From: Candidatus Poribacteria bacterium
GTDB lineage: Bacteria; Poribacteria; WGA-4E; UBA9662
Length of the DNA stretch: 64,000 bases
Direction of reading: 5' to 3'
Assembly: GCA_036339735.1 (NCBI GenBank)
Contig: JAYZAL010000036.1
Span: 132,727 to 196,726 of the forward strand
The translations under genes and the position numbers were made by a program. Positions 60,856 through 64,000 of the stretch are shown here, piece after piece. Each line of letters starts with the position of its first letter. Position 1 is the first letter of the stretch. The notes under the pieces were generated by a model, which saw nothing but the letters and a program-made list of their open reading frames with translations, was not told the origin of the DNA and did not search any database.

Positions 60856-60918
60856 GTAATAGTATAGAGTCCTTTGTAACATATACTAATTTTGTTGATA
60901 ATTTGACCTGATCGCCTC

Positions 60919-61725
60919 ATGCAACGTATCAACCAAAAGCAACTTCGCAAAAAAATCCTGCTAAACTTGTTTGGAGACAATATGGTCACCCTCCCGTTTG
61001 GTATTGGAGTGACTTTAGCGGCTGTAACATCAGTATTTAATCTAGAACCACAACTAATGTTCTGGTTTCTTAGCGGTATGATTGGATTTCTAGGACCTAT
61101 AGGTGGGGTAATTACTAAGTGGTCTACGAGTATGGGGCAATTATCACGTCGTGCTTTGGAGGAACTCCATTCAGAAACCTATAAAGCACAAGAGGAAGAA
61201 CTCGACAAGCTACAACATAAGCTAACAGGGGATGGGGACATCAGAACAGAGCAAATGTTAGCTGATTTACGATCCATTCATCAATCTTTCAAAAATGATC
61301 TAGCCAATGATTCAACTACTCCCAGTTTGAGAGGCGGGTTGATGTCCGGTGAATTGGGACTAGATATCATCTACAAGATCGATCAATTATTTGTAGAGTC
61401 AGTCAGGTGTTTAGAAGATACAATCAAATTGATAAATAAATCTGAAGAAGCAACAGAAACTGTCAAGTCCGTGATATTGGAAAAGCGTGAGTCAGTTATA
61501 TCTGAGGTTAAGCAAACAATCAACCAGCTTGCACAAACTTATGCTGAGTTGATTACCTCTACTTCCGATGATGATCCATCGCGCTTGTCGCAACTCAGAA
61601 ATGAATTAGATGCCAATATCGAGTTTGCTCGTAACGTGGATCAGAATGTTCGCAACTTAGGCAGAGAGGCTCTATTTGAACAAAATGAATATGATGAATA
61701 CGTAAATGATAAGGAAAATCAATAG
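60919..61725 (+). CDS. Hypothetical membrane protein with a C-terminal coiled-coil
   Basis: Two predicted TM helices near the N-terminus, then a long helical/coiled-coil region; 268 aa. Confidence 0.4.
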   Translation: MQRINQKQLRKKILLNLFGDNMVTLPFGIGVTLAAVTSVFNLEPQLMFWFLSGMIGFLGPIGGVITKWSTSMGQLSRRALEELHSETYKAQEEELDKLQHKLTGDGDIRTEQMLADLRSIHQSFKNDLANDSTTPSLRGGLMSGELGLDIIYKIDQLFVESVRCLEDTIKLINKSEEATETVKSVILEKRESVISEVKQTINQLAQTYAELITSTSDDDPSRLSQLRNELDANIEFARNVDQNVRNLGREALFEQNEYDEYVNDKENQ

Positions 61726-61801
61726 TTGAATATATTTTCTTCTCTTTTAGCTGTAATGTTTTTCGGATAAACCTTAAAGAAATTCACCTAGGGAGTTTAT
61801 A

Positions 61802-62626
61802 ATGGCAATCGGACGTCTTTTCAAGTCAATTTGGTATATGCTTACTGGTCGGGCACACGAGCTTTCCGACAAAATAATGGAAAACCCCGAAGCTGTTCGT
61901 GGGGCTTACGAAGATATCATAAAAGATAAAAAAGAGAATATTCAACGTTACAAGGGTGCAGTCGGACAACTCATGGCACTTTTAAAGCAAAAGCAAGTGT
62001 CAGTACAAGAACTAACACAGGAAGTAACACGTTTAGAAGACCTTAAAAAGGGCGCTTTGGCAAAAGCCAAACAAGTCGCAAATGATCTACAAAGCCAAGG
62101 AATAAGCCCAGAGGAAATTAAAACTGACGTGGACTACACTAAGTGCGTTGCTGCTTACAATGATTTCAGTTCGACACTGGCTGAGAAAGAGGCACGAATT
62201 GGTGAACTAGAAGAAGACATCCAGCGTGCACAGCAAGACATTGACGGACATAAAGTTCAGCTCGAGACTTTGACCCGAGACTTGAAAAAAATCCAAGAGG
62301 AACAATCAGAGGCGGTTGCTGATCTAATTTCAGCCCGTGAAACCGAAGAGATTGCCGATATGCTATCGGGAATCAGCAAAGACGGTACCAATCAAGAATT
62401 AGTTCGCATGAGGGAAGTTCGCCAAAAAGCTAAAAGCCGAGCTGAAATATCCCAAGAATTAGCTGGAACCGATGCAAATTCCCAAGAAAATGAATTTTTA
62501 GAAGCAGCACGTAGCAGTGAAACTTCTGATGAATTTGATGCACTGATTTTTGGTGCTGAACAATCGGATTCGGTTGAGACTCCTACTACCAAAAACACAG
62601 ATGCAGATTCCGAGTTACCGATCTAA
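61802..62626 (+). CDS. PspA/IM30 (phage-shock protein A / Vipp1)-family protein
   Basis: The N-terminus MAIGRLFKSIWYML parallels PspA MGIFSRFADIV. Long coiled-coil heptads and an acidic C-terminal tail; 274 aa. Confidence 0.55.
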   Translation: MAIGRLFKSIWYMLTGRAHELSDKIMENPEAVRGAYEDIIKDKKENIQRYKGAVGQLMALLKQKQVSVQELTQEVTRLEDLKKGALAKAKQVANDLQSQGISPEEIKTDVDYTKCVAAYNDFSSTLAEKEARIGELEEDIQRAQQDIDGHKVQLETLTRDLKKIQEEQSEAVADLISARETEEIADMLSGISKDGTNQELVRMREVRQKAKSRAEISQELAGTDANSQENEFLEAARSSETSDEFDALIFGAEQSDSVETPTTKNTDADSELPI

Positions 62627-62658
62627 GAAACTCGTTATTTAGTCAATTAGGTATTAAA

Positions 62659-64000
62659 AATGTTTGTACCTTCCGTAGTGAAACCATGGTTAGTAGAGTC
62701 AGAATTCCAAAACTGTCAAGCTATATTAGATTCTGTATACCGTTTCAATCAGCAGGTTGATTATTTGGATTCCCTCTCATTTATTCAAGATAGCCAATTA
62801 GCTGAGTTACAGTGTTCTCATAACCAATTGATTCAACAAGCAAGTCAACACCTACTAGACAATGAGAAGTTAGAGTTAGATGATGACGAGCTAGATTCTA
62901 TATTCGTTGAGGCATTACTGCTTCTGCCCCATTACAATCAAATGGTTAATTATCCCGGAATCAACTATTTAGACACTGTTGGATCGAAATCATTTCTTTG
63001 TTTTGAACCAGATCCCACAGATTGCTCAATGCAAAAAATACAGAGAGTTTTTGGCCTGAGTTCTACTGAAATTGAGCAAAAACAAGATGAAATTTTGGAT
63101 CAGACGCAACCACTTCGAGATCGACATAAAATCATGCAAGTCTTAGAACAATTGTTCGATTTGACTCCCAGCCATCCAGATCTACAAAAAAACATTCATC
63201 AACTCTTTGTCTCTTTTTACCCAGATACACCTTTTTCGGTTGAACAAGTTAAGCTAATAAAGACGGCATCAGCTCTTTTTTTCTGTCTCCCTTTTGAAAT
63301 TGATAAGATCCCTAATTGGACACAAATAAAACCCCATGACCAGCAACATTACCTGCGTTTCCTTCGTAAGATCAAAAGTGGTGAACCCTTTGCTCATTTT
63401 CCAGCTTTTGGTCCATTCAAGGGAGAGCAAACTCAAACCGATTTGCAAAAATTGATTGTAGAAAAATCAGGCTTATCTTCGGACACTGTCGATTTGACAC
63501 TGACACGGATGGTAAATACCTTGCCAATTGACGATGTTGATAAATTTTTGATTCATGATGTTTGGGGCCATCAATGGCAAGAATGCTTATTGGATTTCGA
63601 GAATAATTACGTTGCTTTAGCGAGCTTTAGTCAACCTTTTTCACTACAAGAGAAAGCTGAAGTATTTGGTGAGCAGGTATCATTTTTATCGGCGTTTCGT
63701 TTAGAAGCCAAAGGCCAGATCCACTTCGATGAATCAGCTTTTATTAACTTCATTGATTACGAAATTTATGAACGGTCAGTAGTAGCATTGACACCTGTTT
63801 TGGCTGAAACCCTCGGTGACTTAGTTGAGTACAAGTTTGTTCTTGATCATTCTGACCACAATCGTCTATTACCAAGCTCTTCCCATATAAAAGACTCGCC
63901 AGGCAAGCTTGATCTTACTTTGAAAGATATCCATCGTTGCTTTAACCAAGCGACGGCTATTTTTGATAACTGGATTAGAAATGGTTCGGATCGTATGGAA
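62659..64000 (+). CDS. Hypothetical protein, 5' portion (runs off the window end)
   Basis: ATG at 62659 with no stop before 64000 (447 codons by manual translation); contains an HDVWGHQW His pair; no family recognised. Confidence 0.4.

Noticed and set aside
1-64000. CRISPR arrays, tRNA or rRNA genes, and IS/transposase or integrase genes
   Set aside because: No regularly spaced direct repeats were seen. No acceptor/T-arm (GTTCGAATC-like) combinations occur in the intergenic regions (the one at 41831, tcgaatcc, lacks the GGT and flanking stems). No transposase, integrase or recombinase-like ORFs are present.

Overview
This 64 kb window is gene-dense bacterial chromosomal DNA at about 40-42% GC with no rRNA, tRNA, CRISPR array or obvious mobile element. 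Gene content (an arylsulfatase, many TPR proteins, a Ser/Thr kinase, a rhomboid protease, PhyH and OmpA-fusion proteins) loosely suggests a low-GC member of the PVC/Planctomycetota-like group or a cyanobacteria-like lineage, but taxonomy cannot be fixed from sequence alone. About 60 protein genes are supported. Recognisable housekeeping genes include fumC, pheA, infC-rpmI-rplT, a complete pst phosphate-uptake locus (porin-pstS-pstC-pstA-pstB-pstB'), ureE-ureF-ureG, eda, a sirtuin, a SMUG1-type uracil-DNA glycosylase and a ThiF/MoeB-type E1 enzyme. The parts most worth a second look are five unusual fusions or clusters. (1) A ferredoxin-type sulfite reductase fused to a C-terminal TusA-like sulfur-carrier domain, two genes from a ThiF/MoeB E1. 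(2) A tight four-gene operon: SAM methyltransferase, methyltransferase with a Trm112-like zinc ribbon, extended dodecin, and a glutaredoxin-thioredoxin reductase fusion. (3) An 802-aa protein fusing a GlmU-like nucleotidyltransferase and hexapeptide-repeat domain to a DUF89 (ARMT1-like) phosphatase domain, in an apparent operon with a KDPG aldolase, a Ser/Thr kinase and an HpcH aldolase. (4) A plus-strand cluster of two paralogous proteins fusing a solute-binding domain to an OmpA-like domain, a VWA protein, a membrane coiled-coil protein, a PspA/IM30 protein and a large unknown protein; this is the best candidate for an undescribed envelope-associated system. (5) ureEFG with no urease structural genes in the window. 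All calls rest on reading motifs in the translated ORFs, since no searches could be run.
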